From Tubulanus polymorphus (lineage: Eukaryota; Animalia; Nemertea): a DNA stretch of 64,000 bases. The position numbers were made by a program, and so were the translations under genes. Under the pieces are notes generated by a model. That model had not been told where the DNA came from, searched no databases, and worked only from the letters and a program-made list of their open reading frames with translations. The stretch spans positions 31,051,432 through 31,115,431 of the forward strand of contig NC_134026.1 of assembly GCF_964204645.1 (NCBI RefSeq), written 5' to 3'. Positions 49,076 to 64,000 of this stretch are shown here, one piece after another. Position 1 is the stretch's first letter. Each line of letters starts with the position of its first letter.

Positions 49076-49294
49076 GTACTTCTTTGTCTTCTTGGGTTTC
49101 GTCGAAGCTGAAATTGAGAAAAAGAAAAACATTTTGTAGTCACACATTTCTTCATCATTAATCCTAATTTACATGGGTATCAACTTAACTTTCAAGATTG
49201 CCGAGTTCAGTGTTCTTTTTTCGGCATCGTCTTCTTTGTAGTCGCCTTCAGCATCTTCTTCATCTTGGGAGTCCTGAAATAAAAAAAAAGAGAA

Positions 49295-50105
49295 GAGCGA
49301 TGAAAACCTGGTACGGAACAAAACTAATGTCCGAAAGCTTTACAGCTCTCCGTCGCCGGTCACATGCCGAGAACACCAGACAATGAGCCAGCCAGGAATA
49401 TACTGCCCTCTACACGCCCTCACACAGAACGCGAAAACCAGAATGACAACGCCTCACATTCCCCATCTAACTGCAGGGTGTACTGGGCGACGTCAGTAAC
49501 TGACAAACCTGTAAAATTGCACGAAACACAAATAGCGCAGTACAACCAGCTTGACCGGGTTGAGATTCAGGATCTCAACTAGCACCCAAAAGCGTGACAA
49601 GAGACTTCATCCACTGACCGAGGTTGTCACAAGGACACAATGAAACTAGCACTCACAAGCCGACGAGAGACTTCATCCACTGACCGAGGTTATCACAAGG
49701 ACACAATGAAAACTAGCACTCAAACTAGAAATCAAAGAGCGTGACAGTAGAATCATCCCTCAGCCGACTCAGAATACCAGAAACAAAGAGCGTGACAGTA
49801 GAATCATCCCTCATCCGGGCGGTCACAAGGACACAATGGATGCTAGTAGCGTGACAATCCAGTATAACCGCTCCATTTGTATCCCGCGCAATCCCACAGA
49901 TATGCCCGTCATTGACATCACTCAGCACACTTTGTAGATAGGTGGGGGCAGTGAGGCCTCGTCATCCTGGTTTTCGTGTTCCGTATGAGGGTGTGTAGAG
50001 GGCAGCCATTTCCTGACCGACTCTTTGTCTGACATCCTCGACACGTGACCGGCGAAGGAGAGCCGACGCTTTCGGACATTAGTTTTGTTCCAGCAAACGT
50101 TGAAA
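49295..50105. repeat. Large inverted-repeat structure: arms of about 150 bp at 49295-49450 (+) and 49945-50105 (-) around internal tandem repeats (49590-49830)
   Basis: GGTACGGAACAAAACTAATGTCCGAAAGCTTTACAGCTCTCCGTCGCCGGTCACATG at 49310 is the reverse complement of CACGTGACCGGCGAAGGAGAGCCGACGCTTTCGGACATTAGTTTTGTTCCAGC at 50041. ORFs on the two arms encode similar peptides (..SHAENTRQ / ..FAGHVSRMSDKESVRKWLPSTHPHTEHENQDDEA; PSTRPHTERENQNDNAS). Confidence 0.65.
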
Positions 50106-52664
50106 TTCGACAGAGAAATCGGCCCTGAAAAATAAAACGGGTTAATTGCTGAAAAATAGAACGGATTAATGAACACATAACAGTACAGGACAGCACGGAG
50201 ACGAACAGTAACACATAAAACATAAAGACGTCGTTCCTCAGGAAGCAGGAACAGGAGCAGGAGCGGGAGCGCAGCGAAAATCGCCAGGAGGAGAATCCAC
50301 GGTAGCATGTTCACAGTGTGAGTGTGCAGAGGTGAATGGTCTATGCTTGTGTACACCAGTGGTCAGCCAGTGACGTATTCAATAGCGCGTGTCAGAATGA
50401 TATCAACAACTCTGAAAAACGGCAATTGTGTCTCTATTGTTGAATGGATTTACATTGAGAGCTTATAGAAGTTGAATGAAAAGGTTCAATTGCCGGGTTG
50501 AATACACGCCAGTAGCCAGCTGAACAATATCGTGGAACTTTAATAAGGCCATAAAAATAAATTTCTTTGATTCTCAACAGCTCCCCTCCTAATTTAGCTG
50601 CCGCCTGTTTTTTTTTCTTAAATTTTAGAATGATTTATTGAAATCAAAGAATAAAAACGTTAACATTTATTGATGAAAACCTCTAGCTTCATTTCTCATA
50701 AATCCATAGATACCCCGAAGTGGTGGCATTAAATAATTCCAAGTTCAAGGCTAAACAAAAATGATACTTTGTTTCTTCAGTTCATTTCTATAGCGGCCGG
50801 GTCTGTTATGGTAAAATAGATCACGATTCTAAAAAACAGTAATGTCCAAGGTAGATGGGCGGCCGGGTCAAGTTTTAAGCTCAGCAGAGCGGAGAAAAAA
50901 TTTTGTTGAAGTTTTGTTGAAGTGAATAAATTGTCTAACAAACTTCATACACAGTGTACGATCGATAATTCTGTAATGTACAAAAAGGTTAATCCCAGTA
51001 CAAGGGTGAAGGGTTCATCTGAAGTCATGTGATGCTTAGCCGCAACAGGATCTGTCTTCTGTTCGTGGACACCAAGACGATAAACTAGCATATAAAGTAC
51101 AACCACTTAGTTTCATCTTATGAGGATTTTGTTCCCCGGCATAAAGGACGATCCCCTACATTATAGTTCACACGATGTAAGTGGAATGTATTCATGATTA
51201 ATCATCATTTCATGCTGTTATCACAGAGATCCCGTACCTGTAGGGCCGTATTCAGGGGGGGGGGGTGCGAACGCTCCTAACCCCAAAAGTTCGAGTGCCG
51301 CTTCATATTTTCCATGCGTTATGTGTTGTTTATATGTCTTACAATTTATGTGGTTGGTATCCTGTTGTTTTGTCAACAATTTTAAATGTTAAATGTTATT
51401 CCAATTTGTATAGGCCTCATCAGTAGTACGCACATGGGTCAAAGATCATGATGGCATGGTGGACCCATTGCATAGAATGATTCTATGCAATGTTTCATCA
51501 TGGGATTCCTCAAATGCAAATGATTTGAAAAAATAAACGTTACATTTTAAATCACGAATTTTCTAAATGAGTCGATCTTAGGTTTTTTGATTTCATAGAT
51601 AAGTTTTCTGTGGGTTGGAAGCATTATTGATTACATTGCTATGAGGTGATGATCATCAAATCAAATTTTCAGATTATGAAAAATAATTTAGATTCTGCCG
51701 TACATGGACAATGTCAGAAAGCCCTCAGAATACACCTTAGAGTGCCTTAAATAGATGAAAAAAAATTTAGACAGGGCTGCATACCCATAGACAGGGCTGC
51801 ATATGGCCCAGCCGTCAATAGACAGATTTTCATAAAAACTCCTTGATTCAATTGAGGGGAGAAATATTAGGCTTTTTTTAATCACTCGGAGCACGGATCT
51901 TCTGAAATTACTGCCAAAAACTTCATGCTTACCACTCATGATTTGAAAAAAAAATTTTTCTTTAATTTTGATACTAGATTAAACGGTCAAGTCCATATAA
52001 AGAATTTCGTTTCTTGTTTATCTCTGTTTTAGGTTGTCGAGTGTTTAATAGAATTAGGGGTTGATTGTAATCAAGGTGAAGGTCAGGATACTCCGATCTG
52101 CTACGCCTGTCGACATCAGAACGAGGCTATGGTACAGTATATATCGATGTATCGAGTATCAGTGACTCCAGTGAGAGAGCAAGCCAGTCCAGTTTATATC
52201 TACTGAAATCCATAAATCTGATCTGGCTGAGCTCATTTTCATCTTAAGATCAGTTTTAGATAAGAACATGCTATGAGTGTCCCTAAGACCAATCGCAGAA
52301 GCATCTTGTATCTAGATCTTGACTGGAATTAACCCTACACTGATTTATAGCTAGAAATTATCAAATTTGCCAAATTTAAAGGTTAACTTTCTTTGAGGTC
52401 CGACTGTGTAGTGGTTGTATATATTTTCAGGGTATCAATGATGTACAAACTGCGCTGAAATTAAGTTTAGATTTAGAAGCTCATAATATTACAGGCATGC
52501 TGCTTCATCATATGGGATTTGATAAAGAAGGTATCTTACGATCAAGTTTATTCCATATGCTAGGTGTATAATGGTGACGTCACGTCAGTGTTTTATCATG
52601 CGGTAACTTTGACAATTTGAAATGTTCAGAGATATTTCCACTTGATGAGGAACTAGTGAATCGT

Positions 52665-52885
52665 CGTATAAACACCGACTCAGGAGCAGCTAGTGAATCT
52701 TATAAACACTCGAGGAGCAGCTAGTGCCTATTATAAACACTCGAGGAGCAACTCGTGCCTATTATATAAACACTGACTCAGGAGCAGCAAGTGCATCTTA
52801 TAAACACTTTGATGAGCAGCTAGTGAATCTTATAAACACCGACTCAGGAGCAGCTAGTGCATCTTATAAACACTAAGGAGCAACA
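52665..52885. repeat. Tandem repeat of about 38-42 bp x about 6 (CTTATAAACAC(C/T)GACTCAGGAGCAGCTAGTG(A/C)AT)
   Basis: Direct reading. Confidence 0.8.
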
Positions 52886-54666
52886 GAGACAATAGTGGAC
52901 TTCAAAGTGTAGTAAAGTAATGATTTATTTTTACACTTCACACTGGTCTAGTCAGAAATGTAGTTCACGAAATTTACCAGATTACAGTCTACTTAGGTAG
53001 TGGTATAGAACAGAGTATGAATTATTTAATGAATGAAGTTAGGATAATTAGGGTTCTGTGGTCTTAGAAGGAACTATCTACCTTTGAATATTTCAATAAA
53101 ATCCCTTCCATATTGATTGGGTGAACTATTTTCGAGAGGACTAATGAATTTGTATACAGTCCATCTGTTTTGTAATCTGATTTAAGTTCCTTCTTAGTCT
53201 CATAAAATCTAGCTGCATGATTTTGATCTTTGCTCCCAGATAGATTAGTTTAAGTTAGGTCAGTGACGCTGTTTAAATGATCGCGTCCACTGCCAAGTTT
53301 CGACTCATGTCGGTTGAGTTGCGCCTTAACAAAGATATGATATGAATATGATATTGGGAACTTAAGATGATTTTTTTTTATACTTAGTTGAGCATAACTT
53401 TGAATGATTTGTGATACCAATGACATATAAACCTGGATGAATTGGTTTTTTAGTCCTCTATCAACCAATCTTAGAAATAGTGGTTCATTTTATATTTCCT
53501 TAGTGTGAAATAATGTGCTTAGCCTGAACCTTAATTAGTCAGGATTTTAAAGAGTTGTATGTGCGAAAATATGTCGACATAAAATTTTAGACTTTTAGAT
53601 GCAATAAAAAAGTTGACCAATGAGTTGACTATTTCGATTTTCACCTAGAGTTCTAACTTGTCGATGATCGGACCTGTTTACTTGAAAACCATAACTTCAT
53701 CTTAAAGGAGATTTTTGTATTCACATAAGAGAGGTATAGCCAGGAAGAAGTTGGTCTTAAGTGAAAGCTAAGAATAACTTTCAACGTTTAATTAGTTGAT
53801 AGCTGTTTTCACTTCCATCGTAAATGTGTACATCCAAATCACGAGGTTGAGTGGCTTTCATAGATGATCACTTAGCTTCAAATCGGTGTGTTTCATTGTA
53901 AACGATTATTTACATACAACAGTGAATTGATAGCGCTTTTCGAAAAATGGGCCCGGTAGAAAAAAAAGTGCTTGATGATGTAAACAGAGGAGTATAAATA
54001 ATACACAATACAAAATACATAGTACATTAATAAATGAAAAATAAACACTTAAATGATAAATTCTTTGAGTATAATACCTGTCACTTAGCAGCGTATAATA
54101 GTTGTCATCAGTATAAAACGACATGTTCATCATCATAACTCTTCAATTGTTAATAGTTTAGTTTATAGCAAATTTTTCACCATTGTATAGAATCAAGTGG
54201 TTCATGCGATAGCGATTTAATTAAGGTCCTATCGTAAAATAGAGTAGAGTTTTTTTATAAATGAGGATATATGAACATTAGTAAATTGTCCTAGTTTATA
54301 GTTTATATGTCCATTATGGTTGGACTTTTTTGAAATACAGTCATCGTGGTTGAGGAACTTACATTATAATTCTTAATAATCTGGCATTTTCTATAATTGT
54401 TGTATGGAAATAAATATGATTCACGTTAAAACATTTCAATCGTTTCATAAAGTTTTTAGCAACAATCAAAAGGTTGATTCAAATGAAGCCCTTGGGCTTG
54501 GCCCTGTTTTGTTTATTTCATCGTTGTTTCTACCATGAGTTTTCTTCGAAAAGTGGATGTATTAGGATCGTATCGGCATGGGCCTGGCATCGAATTCATG
54601 TTATTACCAGACGTGAAACATCGGATTCTACTTTTTTAAGAGATTGTTTATTTCTACCGATCTTCA

Positions 54667-54767
54667 TCCATCCTCGCTTTCCAGGGGTCCGGTATCACTC
54701 CCGAGCTTCCACCAGCTCGGGGAACAGCTTTAGCGTAGTGGGTTCGGATCCCTTGACGGGTGAAGAT
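54667..54767. mobile_element. Copy 2 of the same about 100-bp element (empty site for the nested insertion), flanked by the 8-bp TSD GATCTTCA (54659-66 and 54768-75)
   Basis: TCCATCCTCGCTTTCCAGGGGTCCGGTATCACTCCCGAGCTTCCACCAGC|TCGGGGAACAGCTTTAGCGTAGTGGGTTCGGATCCCTTGACGGGTGAAGAT. The minus strand carries a short ORF tail (..IIFTRQGIRTHYAKAVPRAGGSSGVIPDPWKARMDEDR*). Confidence 0.6.
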
Positions 54768-56394
54768 GATCTTCACCATAGTAGGGTCCAAAAAAGTTCG
54801 GCTTCCACTTGTACCTTCGATTTCTGTTGCAGTCGTCACATTGGCTCCCTCACCGATAATCATCTAATTTTTCTGACTTTATAAAAACGAACTTTCCGAT
54901 CCATAATTCGGGCAGTTCGCTTATTGGACACTATTACCACCAGTGGCCCACGAGAGCAGTTTGTCTAAATTTGGCGTGCATATTTTTAACCGATCATCCG
55001 CCCCGCTAGCCATGAGGCTTGCGTGAGGGTGAAAATACTATCTATTAATATTCTGACACTAAATACACCTTTTTCCATACACTTTCTAAACTTCCTGCCA
55101 CGAAGTGACGTCTAAGGCTAGCTTCATGTCGACGCCTAGACCAACGCAACCGGCCGGATAATCGCCGATCAGCGCCACATAAACACAGCGTTTTCAAACT
55201 TCGAAGCATTTTCAAACTTCAAAAGAAAAGATGCCATTGACCGCAATTCAAGAATGGCCAGTGACCTACCTGCAATACCTTTTGAAATCATTCCCCGAAG
55301 CTTTTGTTATTTGTGATGCAACCAATCACCGGCTACGAATTTTAAGGGGGTCAGTTAAAAACTGGTGGGCGCTCCTACAAGTTGTCATTACACTTGGAAA
55401 TTCTACACGGCGAAGAAGTCTCTGTCGCTGGATATTGCTCAGATAGGACACGTTTTAGAAAAAGAGAATTTACATTAAATTGTAACAAACGCGGCTGAGC
55501 TGATAAACTATTTGTTATTAATACAACTGGTTTTTGGCAACAGGACACGGAATTTAAAAATGACTTTAAAATTGACTCTTGGATAAAAGGATTAAATTTT
55601 CAAATTGCTGCTCCATGTTCCGCGTTACAAGGTTGCTGTAAGGTAGGTGGAACATTTATTTAACATTAGCGGTCGAAATTATGTTTTATAGGTTTAGATT
55701 TAGGAAAAAATAGTTGCACTTTAGGTTAGGGTTAGGTTAGGTTTAATTAACAGGTACCCCAGTGTTACAGCTTCATGGAAGATTCAACAGACTCGCCTAC
55801 TGATGAAAAACAAGGGCGGTCCGAATTGAATAAGGTAGGACATATTTCAGCGTGGACTTGTCAACTAGAGTTGATACGTCCATGATTTCAGTGAGAAGAA
55901 AAAGACCCCCGGGCCACGGAAGATCGAACCGGAAGTTGAATGATGATGACAGAGTGGCTTGAAAAAATTCAGGTGCGACTTGTATGACATGTCTAATAGT
56001 TCTTGTAGATTAATAGAATTAATAGAACGTATGTTAGTTTTAGCTAGTTATTTGACCCCCCAATTAAAACATAATTTCAACCGTTAATTCTTAGGTATTT
56101 TGAATATATTTCACAATTATCCAACGTCCCCACCCAACCCTCACCCCTCCCCTTAAAACGTAGCTTCCACGGTTTTGTGGGTTAAGCGTGACTTTGGTAG
56201 GATGAGGAATTGACGATTTGGACTTGACAACTTTTTTTTACAAAATAGAAACACCTAAACGTTCCCATGTAGAGCTAGGGGGTTGGACTATCAACCCCCC
56301 AAAACACATACAGATAACAGTGATACAAATATAAAACAATAGACAAATATTCGTATATAATATTACACATTAAAATGATAGAATTAAATTTTTC

Positions 56395-56570
56395 ACGCGC
56401 CATTTTATTTTGAAGTCATCTCGCGCCATTTTATTTTGAAGTCATCTCGCGCCATTTTATTTGGAGGTAATCTCGCGCAGTTTTATTTTGAAGTAATCTC
56501 GCGCCATTTTATTTTGAAGTAATCTCGCGGGGTTTTATTTGGAGGCAATCTCGCGCCATTTTATTTGTCT
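56395..56570. repeat. 30-bp tandem repeat (CATCTCGCGCCATTTTATTTTGAAGT) x about 6
   Basis: Direct reading. Confidence 0.85.
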
Positions 56571-56589
56571 TTTTGCGCATCCCGCATAC

Positions 56590-56775
56590 ATCAACTCACT
56601 CAGTTATGTATTGTAATATATGTATTGTATTATGTATTGTATTATGTATTGTACCATGTATTGTATTATGTATTGTACCATGTATTGTATAATGTGTTGT
56701 ACCATGTATTGTACCAGGTATTGTATTTTGTATTGTAATATGTATTGTACCATGTATTGCACAATGTATTTGTAA
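56590..56775. repeat. 15-bp tandem repeat (TGTATTGTACCATGTAT) x about 11
   Basis: Direct reading. Confidence 0.85.
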
Positions 56776-58561
56776 TCACCCTGCTCACTCTAATTAGTGT
56801 CAGTCTGCTTATACTGTTGTTTGTCCATTGACTTTACTCATTCACCTGATGTAGCCTCTATAGTAGCGAAATATTGATATTCAGTTTATGTTCTTTGTAC
56901 AAGAAATTAATTAATTAATGACTCATTAAACTGATGAAGCTTCTATACATTAGTAGCGAAAGCTCGTGAGTCAAATAAACCTATATTGTATACTTATACT
57001 TGTCTCGTTATAATTATTCTAAACCCGGTTTATACCCCAGGCTCCTCTACGGAATAAGGGAACATCGTGTTTTAATTCCTGATTCGGACCCACTGTCGCA
57101 GCCTTCGTGGACACAGAGGACAACTCGGGCTGGATTCGAACCTTGAAAGCAGCAGGCCCATTTCTCTTGGACATTGAGGAAAACTTCTAAGACTATGATT
57201 CGATTTTCAGCCTTCTTGAACAAAGAGAACTTCAGTGGGACAATACTCACAATTCGAACTTGTGGAATGAACCTGTTTTGGAATTTTCTGCGGAAGCTTA
57301 ATTTTTCTAGAGGAAAATAAATCATTTTCATATCGATAACTATTACGACGAGTGATAGGAAAAATTCCGAAACATTTTCATTCCATCACGAGGAGACTGA
57401 AATTGACTGGTGACTAACGTACGCCGGGCGAACTTCGGTTATGTCGCCGAGTCGACTATCTACTCGAACTAAGTGAAACCGAATTAGTCGGAACTATAGT
57501 CCGGAAATACTTCGGAAATTAAGCGCATTCGGTTATTAGTTCCGACAACTAGTCGACTAGATACGAAAACCGAATTTGGCCCTTACTGAGGAACTAGGAT
57601 TCTGACCCGGCGGACACTGACCATCAGCCAGGAACAAGATAGTCCCGACCAGTCTGGACCAGTGTGTGGTCGGCGGATAAGAGAGGATCACTGTACAAGC
57701 TTGGAAGGTCTCCACTGAAGGCGCTGCGATGCACTAATCTCGGTAAGTGGACTTTATTAGAATAAAAATGACACTAGTAAAGGCAGACGTCGGTCCGCAA
57801 TAAAATTAAATTGTTGTTGGGTAATAAACTAATTTAAAGTTGAATTAAACAATAAAATAATTTGAATTGGAATTGAATTTCAACATTCACCCAAACTTTT
57901 GGGTGACATTCTACCCGACGGAATATATAGACTGGTTGCCTGTCCGATTCTAGAGACCGGTAACCAGTCTAGTTCTCGGGGAGCGGTACCGGACCCTGGA
58001 AAGCGAGGATCACTGGTTTAAAGACGATTTGTCCTTTACGAGTTTTCGAAGAAAATCACAATCGAGCAAAGATAACTAAATTTAGAGATTCTGTGGTGTA
58101 AATCGGACTCAAACCAAGACGACTTGCAGTTTGATATAAATTGAGAACCTAACGACAGAAATACCGCTAGTAAACCGTATAGTGCTGCCACCAATCATCG
58201 TGAACGGGTTACCCGAGGACACCGGAAATAATTTATCTGTCAAATTCAGCGCATGCGTACATCGCCGTAAGTTATTTTCGAAATTTACAAAACTTTCTAT
58301 TTTCGGATTTCGAGTTTTTTACAATCATCAAACATTTTAAACGTACCATTGGTAAGATAGGTTTTTATATTGAAGGTTTTCAGACTGTTTAAACCGTCAC
58401 TGAGTCGATACTCCTGCTGAACACTAACGACAGCGGGTTCACGACAGCTCCACCGCAAAAATAAAATAATATAGGTCACCATTTTCTTACACACACAGGA
58501 AACGACAAAATACCAGCAGCAGTTAAAACCGAAAAGATAGGACGTGTTCAGTACAACTCAA

Positions 58562-61983
<3,422 letters not shown>

Positions 61984-64000
61984 CCGAGAAACTTCTTTTA
62001 GTTCATCAGAGCTCCTTTAGTTTAGACATTCTACTGAAATAATTTGCTTTTGAAAATAGTTTGAATATTGGTTTAAATGTATAAAGCTGTTTCATATACT
62101 GGTAATGTGTATGTGTCATCTGATAACTGAAATTGTATGGTGCATTTAACAGGGTCAATATCAATTAGTGCCTTCTCGAAAATAGGTTTATTAATTATTC
62201 ATTCATAATAATTATCATCAATTGCAATATCGATTTTTATTAAAACATTTTGTAATTTTGTACATAAATGTAATCATTTTATTATCGAACATCAGTTTTA
62301 TTAGTTTTTGTATTTATAAAAATAGAATGATAAAAATCTGTGATGAATTATACTAATTGACTAAAGAAAGATAAATCATGTTTCTTACAGATCAGGGATA
62401 ATCAGATCACGCTGAGAATATCTTTTATGATTATTATGATTTAATCTTTTTTTGTCTGCGAAGGTTAATGAAAATATGTGCGAATTTTAGATTTCCTGAT
62501 CTGTAAGAATTCTGATAAATTCCTGGTCGAGATTTCGAGGCATTTATTCACATCATACAAAATTGTCTCAGTATTTTGAATGAAAAATATAATTTGAAAG
62601 TAAGATTCTTGTTTTAAAGAAAGGTGGCTTGCTATATAAATGATTGATGTTGCTATATGTGTTGTTGTTTTTAAAATGTTCTTCCTGGTTACAAAAAATG
62701 ATGCCAATTATAAAGTGATATATGAATTGTAACATGTGTATTTTAATATCTAATTTATGAATATTTTTATAGAAGAAACAATGATTTTTATGTATTGAAA
62801 TAAATCTTGTATTATATTTGAAGAAATTGTTAATAGTTCGGATTTTGTTTCTCAAATCGTTTCATCGGAACAACTAACAGTGAAAACAGATGCGGACGCT
62901 TTGAGATCTGACACATCACACATAAGTGTGTTGAATGCGAACTCTGCTGTCCGACCAGTCACATCCTTCAATTTAGACTATCAGTTATGAAAAGGTTATG
63001 TTGAAATGTGTCTAATGTCGGGTGATTTTTATCAAAAATGTCACAGGCGAAGTCCTGAATACATGTGCAGTTCGGACGATGTGTTTTTGAAAGCGTGCCA
63101 ATGTCCCAATGTCTGATCTGTAGTTCATTTTCCAATAAAAATGTCTCGGGTGAAGTTCTGAACACATGTGAAGTGTGGACGATCAATTTTTACATCACAA
63201 GACCCAAACATGAGGAAGCTAGCAGTATTTATTAAAAAAAGCACACAATTGTGTGTATAATGATATGTACGAACTTTATAGAAGAAAAAACTGTTACTGC
63301 ACATTGTATTTGTACAACTGTAAACTGTTTAATTTTTGTATCCTGTGCTCGAAAAAAATGTATAATTTCTGGAGCAATAAATTTAAATCTGAATCTGAAT
63401 TTTTTGAAATTGCGCTGATGTGTAATGTCTGATGTCTGTTGTTCATTTTCCATTCAAAGATGACTCAGATCTGAATCCCTGAACCCGAGAGACACATGAT
63501 AAACAGCGGCCATTCAATTTACACTCATAATGCGAGACAAGTTTCTTACCGATAAAACAGTTTATCACATACTCAAACACAAAATTCATAAATAGAGAAA
63601 TGAGATTATATTTTTCAGATTTCGAATTCAAATTAGAAATAGATAGAATTAATTAAAACAAATTGAATTGATAAGTGAAAATGTTTAAGTTTCGATCCAT
63701 TAAACGATAGATTTATAATGTCTCGTTGAATTACGTTTAGGAGCCTCTGAGACTCTTTCTCAACCTCGACAGTAAATTATCGGCTGACAATTGTTTTTCT
63801 TCCTCGGCCGCAGCCATTGCCCACAGTGACACAAATATTCCACATAGTGGAACAACCAATTTTGTAGACAATTCTCCTAAAAATACATACACTCATTGAC
63901 ACTAGCTTCTACGCCTACACACGGCTGGAGCTAACAGAATATTTTATATGAGAGTCTTTCTTTTCCGCGGTTCCTTCAACAAGAAGGATATTCCAGGAAT

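Noticed and set aside
52032-52131. Ankyrin-repeat-like exon (..GEGQDTPICYACRHQNEAM..)
   Set aside because: That translation came from a 1-nt slip on my part. The correct frame from the ttttag acceptor reads ..NQGEGSGYSDLLRLSTSERGY. and the TPICYAC frame is a different, unanchored frame. There is no support for a coding exon.

Overview
The window is eukaryotic (metazoan, probably invertebrate) nuclear DNA. Genes have GT-AG spliceosomal introns, the sequence is AT-rich, and there are many micro/minisatellites, satellites and MITE/SINE-like dispersed repeats. It is not a prokaryotic operon.

Genes supported directly by sequence and homology:
- Major vault protein (MVP), + strand, 28852-35753. 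It has 11 coding exons giving about 874 aa, and every exon aligns to vertebrate MVP.
- XBP1, - strand, 23974-27109. It is a 3-exon bZIP gene that carries an IRE1-type unconventional intron of about 20 nt with twin CAGCAGC stem-loops. It sits head-to-head with MVP, and the shared intergenic region has an ERSE-like CCAAT-N9-ACACG element and a palindromic CRE.
- A 2OG-Fe(II) oxygenase family gene (HxD...H motif), - strand, 36789-39097, 3 exons, tail-to-tail with MVP.
- A small type-I membrane protein of the WBP1/VOPP1 family, + strand, 58562-61983, 5 exons, with a signal peptide, a Cys-rich ectodomain, a TM helix and PPPY and PPPPAY motifs.
- An unidentified multi-exon helical protein gene, + strand, 39838-42597.
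- A candidate signal-peptide plus dibasic-site prohormone exon resembling the ELH/CRH peptide family, - strand, 10642-11058.
- Three phase-compatible candidate exons of unknown product, - strand, 3827-6969.

Repeats:
- Two satellite blocks in inverted orientation (18590-19512) built from the GGNCCNGTTCCACAG terminal-inverted-repeat motif of a MITE family that has several copies in the window.
- A roughly 100-bp element with 8-bp target-site duplications present twice; one copy carries a nested 222-bp MITE with 15-bp TIRs, so filled and empty sites can be compared within the window.
- A modular repeat family flanking the first exons of MVP and the oxygenase gene.
- A pure (CAG)~111 tract.
- A 610-bp polypurine (GA/GGA) tract.
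- Numerous intronic minisatellites (60-bp x17, 53-bp x15, 57-bp x15, 33-bp x23), a 230-bp x4 satellite, and a palindromic pair at 49300/50100.

No rRNA, no CRISPR array and no convincing tRNA gene were found.

Coordinates may be off by 1 nt in places. Two apparent single-nt discrepancies between the printed sequence and the ORF track were noticed near 38880 and 39060.
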